A stretch of DNA of 64,000 nucleotides from a virus. The stretch is from positions 109,359 to 173,358 of the IMG/VR virus record IMGVR_UViG_3300042465_009257. One strand, given 5' to 3'. The notes under the pieces are model-generated. The model saw only the letters and a list, made by a program, of their open reading frames with translations. It made no database searches and was not told the origin of the DNA. Position numbers and translations under genes: made by a program. Positions 10,094-21,806 of the stretch are shown in pieces. How positions within the stretch are numbered: position 1 is the stretch's first letter; each line of letters begins with the position of its first letter.

Positions 10094-10780
10094 TTAGAGT
10101 AATCCAAATCTGGATTTAGTCGCGTTAAAATTTTGTTTGATTTCTTGAGGAGATAAGGCTCTGTTGTAAATAGATGTTTGAGCAATATTACCTTTCCAAA
10201 AACTATTGCCAGCAACACTTCCATTTCCAATCCATGGACCATCAGGAAATCCCGCAGATGATCCAGCAGATGATTGAGATAATAATACTGAATTTACATA
10301 TATTTTAGCGGCTCCATCATAAACTGCGACTGCATTATACCAAGTATTGATTAAAGGCGCATTATTATTATTATTTGTTTGTATAGCTGGACCTAAATAT
10401 AAATTAAATCCATTTGCGCCATTATTTCCGACATTAATTCCAAAAAAAGAACCAATGCCACCTCCAACGTAAACCTTAGGACATGCTATCATTGGAAAAT
10501 TTCCAGCGCCAGAAATAAGATAGACCCAAGAAGATATAGTAAAAAAACTATTAGATGTGATAATAGATGACGTATCTACATAATCATTTGTCCCATCAAA
10601 AACTATATTTCCACCATTAGCGCCACTAAATGTGGAACCATTAATTAATGTCCCATTATTCCCATTCCCGCTCCGATCAAACCAAGTCGCGCCGCTGCCA
10701 GGATAACTTTTCTTATCCGCCGCGTCTAAACATAATACCAAACCATTTGTCACAATATCAGGACTGGCGCTAGAACTCAT
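10094..10780 (-). CDS. LamG/concanavalin A-like lectin domain protein
   Basis: IVTNGLVLCLDAADKKSYPGSG...FDGTNDYV...YNRALS..EI.QNF signature. Confidence 0.85.
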   Translation of the reverse strand: MSSSASPDIVTNGLVLCLDAADKKSYPGSGATWFDRSGNGNNGTLINGSTFSGANGGNIVFDGTNDYVDTSSIITSNSFFTISSWVYLISGAGNFPMIACPKVYVGGGIGSFFGINVGNNGANGFNLYLGPAIQTNNNNNAPLINTWYNAVAVYDGAAKIYVNSVLLSQSSAGSSAGFPDGPWIGNGSVAGNSFWKGNIAQTSIYNRALSPQEIKQNFNATKSRFGLL

Positions 10781-11472
10781 ATTCCATACCTCCCTCTTGT
10801 GGCGTTGAAGTTTTGGAGGATTTCTTGTGCTGTGAGCGCTCTATTGTATATTTTAACGCCACCAATGCTACCACCAAATCCTGAACCTCCAGAACGAGAG
10901 CCTATAAGTAAAGGTTGAGTGTGGCCCGTTGGTCCATTTAAAATAGAGGAATTGGTGTTTCTTAAAATGCCATTAACATAAATTTTAGCCGTAGTTACCG
11001 TTCGATCATAAGTTCCTACTACATGATACCAGTTTCCATCATTAGTAACAATTCCAGTAACTACCCAATTATCACTATTAGGTTGTAACATAAAAACTAA
11101 TTGACCAGGTATTCCAGGTGATCCTAGCGAACTACTAAAAATTTGAAGTTGATAGTGACTGTTAATACTAGATTTCTCTATTAATACAGTGTTAAGAGGT
11201 GTCGTATATTTTACCCATGTCTCTAAACTAATAGTATTTACTAAATTTATATTATCGCTATTAGGTACTGTTACATAATCTGTTCCATCAAAACTCAAAG
11301 AACCTCCATTGCCACTATTAAATGTTGGGGTACTTACTAATGTTCCATTATTCCCATTCCCGCTCCGATCAGTCCAAAGCGTTCCAGTCCCAGGATAACT
11401 CTTCTTATCGGCGGCGTCTAAACACAAGACCAGCCCATTAGTTACAATTTTAGGAGAGTGACTTAAGCTCAT
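10777..11472 (-). CDS. LamG/concanavalin A-like lectin domain protein
   Basis: Paralogue with the same signature; WYHVVGTYD motif. Confidence 0.85.
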   Translation of the reverse strand: MSLSHSPKIVTNGLVLCLDAADKKSYPGTGTLWTDRSGNGNNGTLVSTPTFNSGNGGSLSFDGTDYVTVPNSDNINLVNTISLETWVKYTTPLNTVLIEKSSINSHYQLQIFSSSLGSPGIPGQLVFMLQPNSDNWVVTGIVTNDGNWYHVVGTYDRTVTTAKIYVNGILRNTNSSILNGPTGHTQPLLIGSRSGGSGFGGSIGGVKIYNRALTAQEILQNFNATRGRYGI

Positions 11473-12203
11473 ATTCCGAACCTTCCTCTTGTTGAATTGA
11501 AGTTTTGTTGAATTTCTGCTGTAGAGAATGCTCTATTATAAAATCGTATTAGCGGTATAGTTCCTATCCAGTTATTTGCTCCGCCACTGGACCTTGAACC
11601 AATGTTCCTATGGGTTGTTCCAGCACCTAGTGTATTTACATTCGGTCTGCCGTTTCCAATCTGATTTGTACTAGTAGTACTTTGTAATACTCCATTTAAG
11701 TATATAGAAACGCTAGATCCATTCCAAGAGCATACTAAATAGTAAAAAGTGTTTGCGAATAATGTTGAAGTAGTTCTTGCTCCTGTATTAAAACCTCCAG
11801 CATTGTCAAACCAACCTGATCCATTATTTAAATCTATTCCAAAAGCTATTACACCAGAAGGATTATAAAGCGCTATCCAAGTGCTATTTTCTTGAATATA
11901 AAGTTGATGATAGTTTCCTACTGTTGGTAGTGAATTTGAATAGCAAATAAATTCATACGTAGCCGAAGTAAATCCTGATTGTATATTTGTTGTCAAATTA
12001 ACATGATCATTGGTCCCATCAAAAATAATAGACCCGCCATTGGCACTGCTAAATGTAGGTCCATTTGTTAAAGTGCCATTATTTCCTCTACCACTCCTAT
12101 CCGCCCAAACAGTGCCGCTTCCAGGATAGCTCTTCTTATCCGCCGCATCTAAACACAGCACCAGCCCATTACTCACAATCTTATTCTGATAATTACACGC
12201 CAT
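11469..12203 (-). CDS. LamG/concanavalin A-like lectin domain protein
   Basis: Third paralogue; ATGA-coupled to the next gene. Confidence 0.85.
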   Translation of the reverse strand: MACNYQNKIVSNGLVLCLDAADKKSYPGSGTVWADRSGRGNNGTLTNGPTFSSANGGSIIFDGTNDHVNLTTNIQSGFTSATYEFICYSNSLPTVGNYHQLYIQENSTWIALYNPSGVIAFGIDLNNGSGWFDNAGGFNTGARTTSTLFANTFYYLVCSWNGSSVSIYLNGVLQSTTSTNQIGNGRPNVNTLGAGTTHRNIGSRSSGGANNWIGTIPLIRFYNRAFSTAEIQQNFNSTRGRFGI

Positions 12204-12205
12204 AT

Positions 12206-15200
12206 TTAAATCTCAGTCTGTAGTTTATCAACGTCTTTGCGCTCCCCGAAAATTACGTAATTGTAAAAACCATCAACATTGCCCACCTCGACGCTCTCGG
12301 AATTCTGAGACGCGACGAATAGCTGCTGGGGCTTGCCGATTTGCGTGAGGGTGACGGTGACGGAATCTTCGTCTACTAATTCGCGCCAATACTCCGGCAA
12401 AAGAATAATGGATTCATTTGTTTTGCCGCGAATGTAAACGCCGTTTTCTGGACCTTCCAAACAGGCGTATTGGAGTTGTTTGGCGGCTTTGGTGGGATGC
12501 GGGATTAGGAATGATTTAGTCGCGGCGGAAAAGTGGCCGGAGACTTTGGCATTGCCGACAACGTCGAGTTTTTCTGTGGGAAGGGCTATCCCAATACCAA
12601 TATTTCCTGTTCTTAATATAGTTAAAGATGGAGTAGCATTCCATGATCCTAATTTAGAATCAATATTAAAACTGCCGTTAAGATCAAGTCTAAATGCGCA
12701 GTATATATTGCTTGTGCCTGCTTGGCCAAGCATTACAGAACTATCAGTCGATCCAATAGTACTGGTTAAAGGGCTTTGTACATTTAGTCTTGCGCCTGGA
12801 GCATTTGTTCCAATACCAACATCCCCAGTACTAGTAACCGTCATTCGAGTCGTACCGTCCGTCTGAAACTCCATCGCACGAGCCGCGCCGCCGACGCTCC
12901 CCTTCTCAGTCCCGATCTTCAGAACATTAGTGTCCCATTTCAGATTTAAGCGCTCAAATGTCGTCGCGTCTGTGTAGGTGTTATAGAGTCTGAAGGTTTG
13001 AGCGTTGGCAAGATTACGTTGAGCTAGGATTCCTGCTCCTTCTCTGGAAAGGACAATATCTTGAGCTACTAATCCCCAGCTTAAAGTACATCCCGTCATT
13101 TCATATTGTAGCCCCGAATAAGCAGTTGTATCATTTAAACTGCTTACTCCGCTCATAGCGAATTGTATTTTATAACTACTAGGGCTATATACACCTACTG
13201 CATAGCTACCAGACAATGGGAATGCTAAAGCAGGACTATTAGAAGCTCCTGATGCTCCTCCAATGTAACTTCCGTATTTTGTAACTTTAGCTTTACTTAC
13301 TCCACCAACTTGGAAATCTAAAAGATTACTACCAACATTCGATGCCGTATCAGTCACATTAAGCTTTACCGCTGTAAATAATTGCTGCACAGTTCCTCCA
13401 GAAACCCAGGCTGCCGTAGTTGTATTCGCGTAAGAAACCGAAGTTAAACTCGAAGCCGTTACAATGAAAGTTCCATTATATCCAGAAGGATTAATACCCG
13501 TGACAACAATCGTAGATCCAACTGGAATTACAGCAGTTTGCGTAGCGAAAGTAATTGTTGCAATTGTGCCCGTGCCACTCGCTCCAGTAATAGCCACGCT
13601 ATTATTATTCCATGTTTCTGCTATATCTAGTTTAGCAAATGGCGCGGCAGTTCCGATGCCGACATTACCAATTGCGGTAGTGCCATCATGAGCCAGAATT
13701 ACATCTCCGTCTTTCGGACTAGTATTGGCCGCAACAGCTTTGCCGCCATAAACAAAAATTTTACCGCCAAAATTAAGACCACCTGTTGCTGCACTATTAG
13801 CGTCACCAGCCTTAAGTTTTAGCATTTCTCCAGGATGACCAGTTGACGCAGTTTCATTGATTTGGATAAATCTAGAACCTGTACCATTAGTTCCTGTTGT
13901 ACTAAATTGGATTCCCGTATTGGTATAGTTGCCACCCTGATCACCGGGGTTTTGAACTAGATTTCCTGATGAATCTAGTTGCCACATTCTTCTCAAAACT
14001 CCAGCAGAATCTGAGATAAAGAAGTTTAAAGAATTAAATCCTGCGGGGCGATACGCAGATCCTTCAATTTTAGCTGACTCGTAATTCCCTTGGCTATTAT
14101 TAGAATGAAAACTAATTGATGGTAATACATAAACTGCTCCTGCATCGTAACCTTCGATTTTGATTGTAGGGGATACGCCGCCGCGCAAATGAAGAAGAGT
14201 GGAAGGAGTCGTGGTTCCAATACCAACATTCCCTGCGCTTGGATTAAGAAGAACTTTCCCATTATCACCATTGAAAATTTGAATCTTAGATAATTGATCT
14301 GATGATCCTAAAGAGTTATAAACTGTAAAGTTAATTGCAGGATTTGTCGTATCCCCTGATGGAAACCAGTTTGAAGTTAACTTTAACTGATTATATGTAG
14401 CCCCTGCAATACTACTACTTGTAATAGTTTTTACATGTAACCCAACTCCATCAAATGAGAATAAAGTATTACCTGTATTTCCAGAATCTATAACACTAAA
14501 TCCTCCTCCACCAAGTTGTAATGTTGTTCCAAAAACCCCTTGTACGAAAGCCTCTATAGATGTATTATACGGCTTAAAGCTTATACGAGAATTATTTGAT
14601 GTATCACCAAAACTTCCAATAATAACGCCCGTACCGCCAGACTTTTTAACATCAAGAAGATATGAAGGAGCATTCGTACCAATACCAACATTCCCCGTAC
14701 TTAATACCCTTAATCTTTCCGTCGCATCAGTTTCTAAAACAAGATCTCTCGCCGCGCCGCCGACACTGCCTTTTTCAGTCCCGATCTTCAGAACATTCGT
14801 GTCCCATTTTAGGTTTAGTCTCTCGAAGGCAGTGGCATCTGTATATGTATTATAAAGTCGGAAGGTTTGAGCGTTTAATCCGTTTCGTTGGGCTAGGGTC
14901 CCTGTCGCATCTCTAAAAAGTGCTAAATCTCCATTACCATTTGCGGCATAACTTAAAGAGGACCATGAAAAACTTCCATTATTAGCTAATTGGACTAGTC
15001 CAAGAAGACTTTCCCAAAATGCAATTTTAGATGTATTTGGAGTTAAAACATTAGCTTTGCTTCCAATTTCAATCCATCCGCTTGGAGCAGCACCTTTTAT
15101 GGCGAAAGCATCGTCTAAAATAATTGCATTTGCTCCAAGATTTGCATATGTAGAATCATCCGCCAGTCTAATATCTAGCCCCGCGCCGTTGCGTTTAATC

Positions 15201-17058
15201 GCGGGGAATGAGGAAGTAATTCCTCCTATACAAAGAGAATTAGCTACGTTTGGACTTGCGCGAAGTAATAATTGCGCTCCAGAAGCAGGATCAGAATTTG
15301 AGTTTGAAAAATGAATAGGAGCATCTCTTAATGTGAAATAACCCCCATTTGCTAAAACACTACTTCCTACATAAAGATTCCTTGGTCTAGTCGCCCCACT
15401 TGCGCCAATATCATAGATATTGTCAGTATTAGCTAGTAAATACCCAGCATTAGATATTTTCCATTTTACTGCTGTTCCAGTTTTAAAACGGATTTCTTGG
15501 GATGTATTATCGCCGTAGATTCCAGTCCCACTGCCCGATTCTGCCGTTAACGAGCCAAAGGAAAATGAGCCTACATTAATAGTTGAGTTTGTCGCTACGC
15601 TACGTGCGAATAAGTTTCCTGAACCGTCAATATAGGTTTCATTTGGACTACTCGCCCAGCCCCATGACTGTAATTTGGCGGCTTGACCTCCACTTTGCCC
15701 CAAAACGGTAATAGCCTGCGTATTTGTATCAGGGGTACTAATTGTAATAGTTGGGGTAATGACACTTGTCCCAAAATAGCCAGTCCTCGGCCTAGTCGCC
15801 CCACTTGCGCCGATGTCCTTGGTGTTATCCGTCCCAGTCAACAAGTGACCGGCACTAAAGGTCCAGTCTACTCCTGCATTTGCTAAAGAGCCAAATCCCA
15901 CAACTGATGATCCGCCAGTAATATTGATGGGTCTCGCAATTCCTGTTCCTGACCATTCTCTGCCAATCACAAAAGTGCCAGCAGACCAGCCATTGAAATC
16001 CGCTCGTAATCAACTCCTGAGTTAGTATATGTATTATAAATTCTAAAAGTCTGAGCAACTCCTGCATTACGTAATGCTAGACTATTTGCAGCATCACGCT
16101 GTAAGTAAACATCAGGATTCGGCGTACTTGCTCCCATAGCAAGGTGACCTACCGTTACTAGTCCATTTGTACTAGTCTGAAAGATGCGATTTGTGCCATC
16201 TATAATAGAGAAACTGCGACTGCCTCCACCAGCAGGAACTTTAAAAGAAAAGTCATTATACTACCCTCCAATTGTAATATTACGATCACTATCAATAGTT
16301 AAAGCTGCTAATAAAGCATTCTGAGCAGAGCCTGAGCTTCCTGCGGGGGCGACTTGAAAGATTACAGATCCACCCGCCCCAGTCCCCGTTCCTTGGGACC
16401 CGGCGATGGTTAAGTTTGTTCCAGCGGTATTAGTTGTTCCCGCTATTACGGATTGAACGGATATAGTTTGAGCTATTGGGGCGGCGACATCTGTGTTTCC
16501 TAATCTAATGTTGGCGGCAGCGCGGCGAGTGAGAAATAAATCATAACTACCACCATCGGCAAAAGATCCAGTAGACCACTGTAGGGCCAAAGAGTTTCCT
16601 AGAAATAATCCTGCAAATTGACCATTATAAAGACCCGCTCCAGCATAAGCTTGCGTTGGCACGTCGCCACGAGCAAAAATAACTAATTGACCAGTACCAC
16701 TATTAATAACTGATCTTTGATTAGGGGTATTTGATGGACCGAAATCCATAGCCCCTGTCTTAGTAATTTTAAATCTACTAATTGCATTAAGCTGCAAATC
16801 TAAAAGATTACTAGACGGACTAGAAAATACATCATTGACATTCAGCTTTATAGCCGAAGGAATCCCACTGGTATTCCAAGTCGTCGCCAGATCCAGCAGC
16901 GAATTCGCCGCCGTCCCAGTGATAGACTGCCCCGTTAATACCAGTGATGAAAAACCCGCGCTACCAGAAGACCCAAGGCCAATCGAAGAGCGTATTTGCG
17001 CTTGCTGCTGAGGGGTCGGCGGGGTGCCTTTCGGCATGTCTCCAAGGTCAATTGCCAT
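12206..17058 (-). CDS. long tail fibre (about 1617 aa if intact), interrupted by an in-frame TAG at 16261-16263 and a 1-nt frameshift near 15990
   Basis: The frame continues past the TAG with fibre motifs (DVYLQRDAANSLALRNAGVAQTFRIYNTYT); adding one G at ATG-GC-TGG joins it to ORF 12206-15970; GNVGIGT repeats; C-terminal KSFLIPHPTK...LEGPE domain. Confidence 0.7.
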
Positions 17059-17074
17059 AATTAGTTAGTACTAA

Positions 17075-17101
17075 TTACAAATATTGAAGGGAAAATGGAA
17101 A
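17075..17101 (-). promoter_or_regulatory. late promoter TTTCC-N17-TGTAA
   Basis: Exact match. Confidence 0.75.
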
Positions 17102-17140
17102 TTTTAATTTCTAATATTATTAGCTCCCTATTTACATATA

Positions 17141-19975
17141 TTAAAAGATTAATGTCCTATAAGCTTTCGTTCCAGTGTGCTGCATCAGGTATAGATAAGG
17201 AACCCCATCTACAGATTTAACGATTTCCATCCTATTCCCAACTGTCGCGGTTGAGTGCAAGTCCGTAAGCTGGAAAGCGGCCCTTTGTTCTTCAGTTACA
17301 ACATTGAGAGAAAACACCCTGCCCGTCCCGTCCTTATGCAAGTAAATGGTATCAACTCCGTCATAAGCATACATTGAGCCGGTAGTATAAGTCTCTTGCT
17401 GAGGGGAGAAGAACGATCCATAATTCCAAGTTCCGGTTGTGAGATCGTAAATGTCAAACATATTCGAAACACCGCCCCTTGGAGCGAACATATACTTGCC
17501 CTTGGTCGCAGTATCCGAAGTTCCCCACAGCCAGAGCAACTGAATGCCTGCGCCGCGTTGAGGAATTCCAAGAATTGCATATGTAGAAGTTATGTCAGGA
17601 GCAGTCATTGCGCCAGTCGTCAAAACGGTTGACGTATTTGATGCAATTGTAACTTCTTGACCCAATCCGGTTCCAGCCGTTACGCGAAGACGTTTACCGC
17701 CAAACGCATTTACAGCCCAGTTCTTTGTTCCCGTTTCTGTAACAGAGCTTGCGCTACCGGCAGTCATGAGACCCCATGTATCAGCAATCTCATAGAATGT
17801 TGCAGCGGTTGGAGTAAATGTCTGCGTAGCATAAGTCAAAGTATTAGCAGTGTTCGAGATAATAGCAATAATACCAAAACCAAGTCCTGGACCAGCCTCA
17901 ATCCTAATTTTATATCCAGCCCATTGATTGATAAACCAATTTTTGGTTGAATCTACAAGAGTTGCAGTTGTGCCGCCAGTTGCAAATCCGTCACGGCCTT
18001 TATCAGCTTGTTTGTATTGCTCATCAACACCAAATACTTTGGAATCTTCAATAACGTATTTTGAAGTTCCGTTAATACCAGCAACAATTGGTGCGACTAC
18101 AAGGGAGCTTGCGGTGTTGGATATAATCCACCTTTTTTGAGCGGTGCCGCCAGTGCCAGCAGTAATAAGACTTACAATTCTTCCTGCGTGCTCGTTTATA
18201 GTCCAGTTCTTTGAGCTATCAACAATTAGGGTTGTTGTCTGCGTAAGAGACGGAGCCATATTCGCAGCAGCCGAAGTGGTAATGTCAAAAGACGTAATAC
18301 CATTTGCGCATAATACAGTTGTCGATACATTATAAGGAGTTTCCGTACAGCCAGAAATGGTAATGTTATCGCCTTTTTCGAGGAAATGGCTTGTTGCTGT
18401 AACTACTTTACAAACAACTCCAACGGAGGTGATTGAAATAGTGCAACCAGTTCCAGTGCCGCCAGTTGTTGCTTGCCCAGTTGCAACGGTATAACCCGTG
18501 GTTACGCCAGCATTTTGCAATTCAATAGCCGTGACAACACCGCCAGTTGTAATGCCTGTAACAATTACTTGCGCTCCAGTTCCGCCAACAGAACAGGTCA
18601 ATACATCACCAAGGGAATAGTTTGTTCCGCCAGCAGTTGGTGCTGAGGCAACTCCGGTAACGCCTGCCGCCAACCGTGTTCCAGTATTGATACCAAAAGG
18701 AATCCAGCCGTTAAGCTGAACAGACATATTGGCTGTAACGCCATCATCAAACGAATGCCCTTGCATCCAATAGTCGTTTTCTGGAGAGTAAGCGTAAATT
18801 GCTGAAGCAGCATTTCCAGCAAGATATAACTTGTCATAATCTGCCCAAATTTCAAATGTAGATGTTGCGTCAGGGGTAAGAGTCCATGCTCTTCCAAAGT
18901 TGAACGTATTTGCCGTATGAGAAACAATTCGTAAATTTTGACCAACACCTGTTCCACCAGTAATTAGCATTCGGTAATTCCTATACCTATTTGGAACAAG
19001 GGATAGCCCGGTAACAAGAGTTCTTGAGCTACCAGACGAAGCGGTGCCGCTCAAGAATGCAGAACCAAATTTGCCGGTCCTTTCTAATGAAAGATCAGTT
19101 CCGTAAGCGGCCAAGATAAGACCTTGTGGCACCGTCTTTGTTTGCCAGTTATCGTTGGCAATATCATAGTATTGTAAAGAGATAAATGGAGCAGCACTAG
19201 AAGAGGATGCAAGATAAATACCGCCAGTCAAAGTAGTAAAGAATGAACTCAAGTCTGGAGTAACCGTCCAAGCTGTAACGCTATAGGTAGACGAGAAAAT
19301 CCGATAATGAGCTTGAGTATTTACGTTTGCATTGGCAAGTGCGTATGGAGCATTAGCTACAATAGCTTGGTTATTCCAAGGATCATGTGGTTGCAAGTTT
19401 ACATCGTTGAAATACAAAGTCGTTGCATCATTATACAATACTTTTTTGTAAACAGATTGACCACTACCAAAAGTAATACCAACTTGATAACCAGCCCATT
19501 GATTTATTTTCCATTTCTTCAACCCATCAGTAATATTGGTTGAACCAGTGCCAGCCGTCATTACGCCAAAATCATGAGTCGTTTCACCAGTATAGGTAAG
19601 TGTGCGCTCTTGACCTGCCCCAGTTCCTTGGAGGATTCGCAATTTCTTTCCGTCAAATATTTTCCCTCTCAATCCGGGAATTGTAACGCTTGTAGACGTT
19701 GCTCCAAGAACGCGGCCATGGAAGCCTCTGTTCATTGTAACCCGTAGACTTGCAACAGTCAATGGAACAACGTTAGGAGTCGCGAGTTGCTGCCAAGCAT
19801 CGCCATCAATGTCATAACGATAAAACAAAGCTCCAGCGAGGTAGTAGATATATTTGCTATCTCCAGTTTCGACGGTGGTCCATGAAGAAAGTGCTGACGA
19901 CGCAGTCGGAGCTTGGTTAAGGAGTTCCCAAACCGGGAGATCTACAGTTTTTTTAAGATTGCTAGTATAAGACAT
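17141..19975 (-). CDS. large virion-associated beta-propeller (kelch-like) / repeat protein
   Basis: 944 aa; YDI..D.WQ blades at both ends and repeated DSTKNW..N.WAG..IRI..G.G.GQ...I.SNT modules. Confidence 0.6.
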   Translation of the reverse strand: MSYTSNLKKTVDLPVWELLNQAPTASSALSSWTTVETGDSKYIYYLAGALFYRYDIDGDAWQQLATPNVVPLTVASLRVTMNRGFHGRVLGATSTSVTIPGLRGKIFDGKKLRILQGTGAGQERTLTYTGETTHDFGVMTAGTGSTNITDGLKKWKINQWAGYQVGITFGSGQSVYKKVLYNDATTLYFNDVNLQPHDPWNNQAIVANAPYALANANVNTQAHYRIFSSTYSVTAWTVTPDLSSFFTTLTGGIYLASSSSAAPFISLQYYDIANDNWQTKTVPQGLILAAYGTDLSLERTGKFGSAFLSGTASSGSSRTLVTGLSLVPNRYRNYRMLITGGTGVGQNLRIVSHTANTFNFGRAWTLTPDATSTFEIWADYDKLYLAGNAASAIYAYSPENDYWMQGHSFDDGVTANMSVQLNGWIPFGINTGTRLAAGVTGVASAPTAGGTNYSLGDVLTCSVGGTGAQVIVTGITTGGVVTAIELQNAGVTTGYTVATGQATTGGTGTGCTISITSVGVVCKVVTATSHFLEKGDNITISGCTETPYNVSTTVLCANGITSFDITTSAAANMAPSLTQTTTLIVDSSKNWTINEHAGRIVSLITAGTGGTAQKRWIISNTASSLVVAPIVAGINGTSKYVIEDSKVFGVDEQYKQADKGRDGFATGGTTATLVDSTKNWFINQWAGYKIRIEAGPGLGFGIIAIISNTANTLTYATQTFTPTAATFYEIADTWGLMTAGSASSVTETGTKNWAVNAFGGKRLRVTAGTGLGQEVTIASNTSTVLTTGAMTAPDITSTYAILGIPQRGAGIQLLWLWGTSDTATKGKYMFAPRGGVSNMFDIYDLTTGTWNYGSFFSPQQETYTTGSMYAYDGVDTIYLHKDGTGRVFSLNVVTEEQRAAFQLTDLHSTATVGNRMEIVKSVDGVPYLYLMQHTGTKAYRTLIF

Positions 19976-19979
19976 ATTT

Positions 19980-20258
19980 CTAAAAAGTTAAATTGTTTCT
20001 TACGGAATTTGCGTAAGTGTTACGAGCCTGGTCTTTAGCCATCACAAAAGCGTTTACAGTTCCCATATTCGCTTGGTTTGTGACGGAGGAAACGGTATTA
20101 ACGGTTCCCACGGTAGTAACGGTAGTCACGGTGCCCGAGGCAACATCAACACTTAAGTTATTTCTTCCTCCACCCGTAATAATTCCAAGAGGCTTCAGTA
20201 GTATTAAAATTTTCTTTAATACTGAGTTTGTTTCATCGAGTGATTCAAAATATGACAT
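19980..20258 (-). CDS. small virion-associated protein
   Basis: 92 aa with a VTTVTTVGTV repeat; closely coupled to neighbouring genes. Confidence 0.6.
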   Translation of the reverse strand: MSYFESLDETNSVLKKILILLKPLGIITGGGRNNLSVDVASGTVTTVTTVGTVNTVSSVTNQANMGTVNAFVMAKDQARNTYANSVRNNLTF

Positions 20259-20272
20259 ATATTTGTTTTATT

Positions 20273-21262
20273 TTATACAATATACCAATTAAAGCCAGAA
20301 GACCTTAGTTGTGCTGTAGAGTTATGATTTTTAATAATAAGTTGTGAATCATCATCAACAAAATCTCCAGCAAACGCAGTGACGGTGACTTCGCCAGATG
20401 ACTGGTTTGAGATAGTTATACTCCTACTGACGGATGTGACTTTGGGCAAGAAAATTGTCACAGGATTGGTAGCGATGATATATTGATTTTCGTCAGTCGC
20501 CGTTAAATTAGACGTAGCTATAATTGTCCCCACCTCAAGGCCGAGGGCGATTCGGTGAGCCAAAGCAGAACCAGTCCCGTATGAATAGGCGGCAGAGTTG
20601 CCCCATGTGGTTGATCCGATAGAAGTTGTCCCGTTGACGTTTAGCCCTGCGAAGGTTGGGCTGTCTGCCGTCCCAACGCCGAGGGCAGTTCGGTGGGCCA
20701 AAGCGGAACCAGTTCCGTATGAATAACTAGCAGAGTTACCCCATGTAGTTGATCCAAGAGAAGTGGTTCCGCTGACGTTTAATCCTGCGAAGGTCGGGCT
20801 GTCTGTCGTCCCTAAGCCTAAGTTTGTCCGCGCTCCCGCAGCCGTAGTGGCCCCTGTGCCGCCCCGTGAGAGGCCCCCGATATCCACAGTCCACTTGCTA
20901 ATTCCGTCAGAGACCAGTGTCGGAGACGATCCCGAGGTCGACAGCACTACACTGACGCCCCCGTTAATCGTATCCGCCCCGGACCTGGCAAGGGTTACGG
21001 TGTTGGTTGCGGTAATGGTTGACGCACCGTCTGAGAAATTAAGCCTGAATCCAGCCTGGTACGAGCTTGCGGGGGGGATCGTATAGATTCGCGCAGCCGT
21101 CAGTGCGCTGGTCAGGATAATGTCTATTGTCCCATTAGGAATCGTGGCGTTGGCATTGCCTACGAATTGCGTATTGATCAGGCCAAGGGCGGTGAGAATC
21201 TGCAATTTTTCAGCCGGGGACGGCGGGGTGCCTACCGGGGCGTTTCCTAAGTCGATTGACAT
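20273..21262 (-). CDS. short tail fibre-like protein
   Basis: N-terminus shared with the long fibre (IDLG..P.GTPP); 45-aa tandem duplication; GGTGATTAAGARTNLGLG motif. Confidence 0.7.
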   Translation of the reverse strand: MSIDLGNAPVGTPPSPAEKLQILTALGLINTQFVGNANATIPNGTIDIILTSALTAARIYTIPPASSYQAGFRLNFSDGASTITATNTVTLARSGADTINGGVSVVLSTSGSSPTLVSDGISKWTVDIGGLSRGGTGATTAAGARTNLGLGTTDSPTFAGLNVSGTTSLGSTTWGNSASYSYGTGSALAHRTALGVGTADSPTFAGLNVNGTTSIGSTTWGNSAAYSYGTGSALAHRIALGLEVGTIIATSNLTATDENQYIIATNPVTIFLPKVTSVSRSITISNQSSGEVTVTAFAGDFVDDDSQLIIKNHNSTAQLRSSGFNWYIV

Positions 21263-21279
21263 AAATTAATTAATACTGT

Positions 21280-21306
21280 TTACAGCTATTTCTTTTTAAA
21301 ATGAAA
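21280..21306 (-). promoter_or_regulatory. late promoter variant TTTCA-N17-TGTAA
   Basis: One mismatch, correct spacing. Confidence 0.6.
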
Positions 21307-21384
21307 TTCTATTTTAGTATTATTTTAATTAAGATCCGATTTTTGACCTAATCAAGATCTAAAGGCAAATTTCTTTGCTTTTTA

Positions 21385-21798
21385 TCAAGGAGCGACAGGC
21401 TCAGCAGGTGCAACAGGCTCAGCAGGTGCAACAGGCTCAGCAGGTGCGGCAGGCTCAACGGGAGCAACAGGTGCAACAGGCTCAACAGGAGGATTGTTCT
21501 TTGCCTCTTGATAAGCAATCAAATCGGGCAGACATGTGGCGACGGCGGCGAAGGCGGCTCCAGCAGTCGGGACGGCTTGCACTACTTCCCAGAAAGGAAG
21601 GCGAACTTCGCGACGATCAGATAGCAGACGATCACCTGTTACCTGGTCATAGGGAACATATTCAACATAAATGCTGTCCTGTTCGCCCATCGACCGGGCC
21701 GCGATGGCAAGGTCCATGATGTAAATTTCATTGAATGTCTTCGGGGTTACCTCGGGACGTTCGGCGGGAGTAGAGAGTGGAATTGTAATTGCGGCCAT
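21385..21798 (-). CDS. hypothetical protein (possible fibre chaperone) with PVAPAE repeat tail
   Basis: 137 aa ORF downstream of a fibre gene. Confidence 0.6.
   Translation of the reverse strand: MAAITIPLSTPAERPEVTPKTFNEIYIMDLAIAARSMGEQDSIYVEYVPYDQVTGDRLLSDRREVRLPFWEVVQAVPTAGAAFAAVATCLPDLIAYQEAKNNPPVEPVAPVAPVEPAAPAEPVAPAEPVAPAEPVAP
21390..21490. repeat. imperfect 9/18-bp coding tandem repeat (gcaacaggctcagcaggt)
   Basis: Visible tandem copies encoding PVAPAE. Confidence 0.85.
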
Positions 21799-21806
21799 AT
21801 TATTAT

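Noticed and set aside
16261-16263. Genome-wide TAG reassignment (genetic code 15)
   Set aside because: Only one in-frame TAG was seen. All other long genes are open in the standard code, and TAG at 19980 behaves as a real stop 4 nt before the next ATG.
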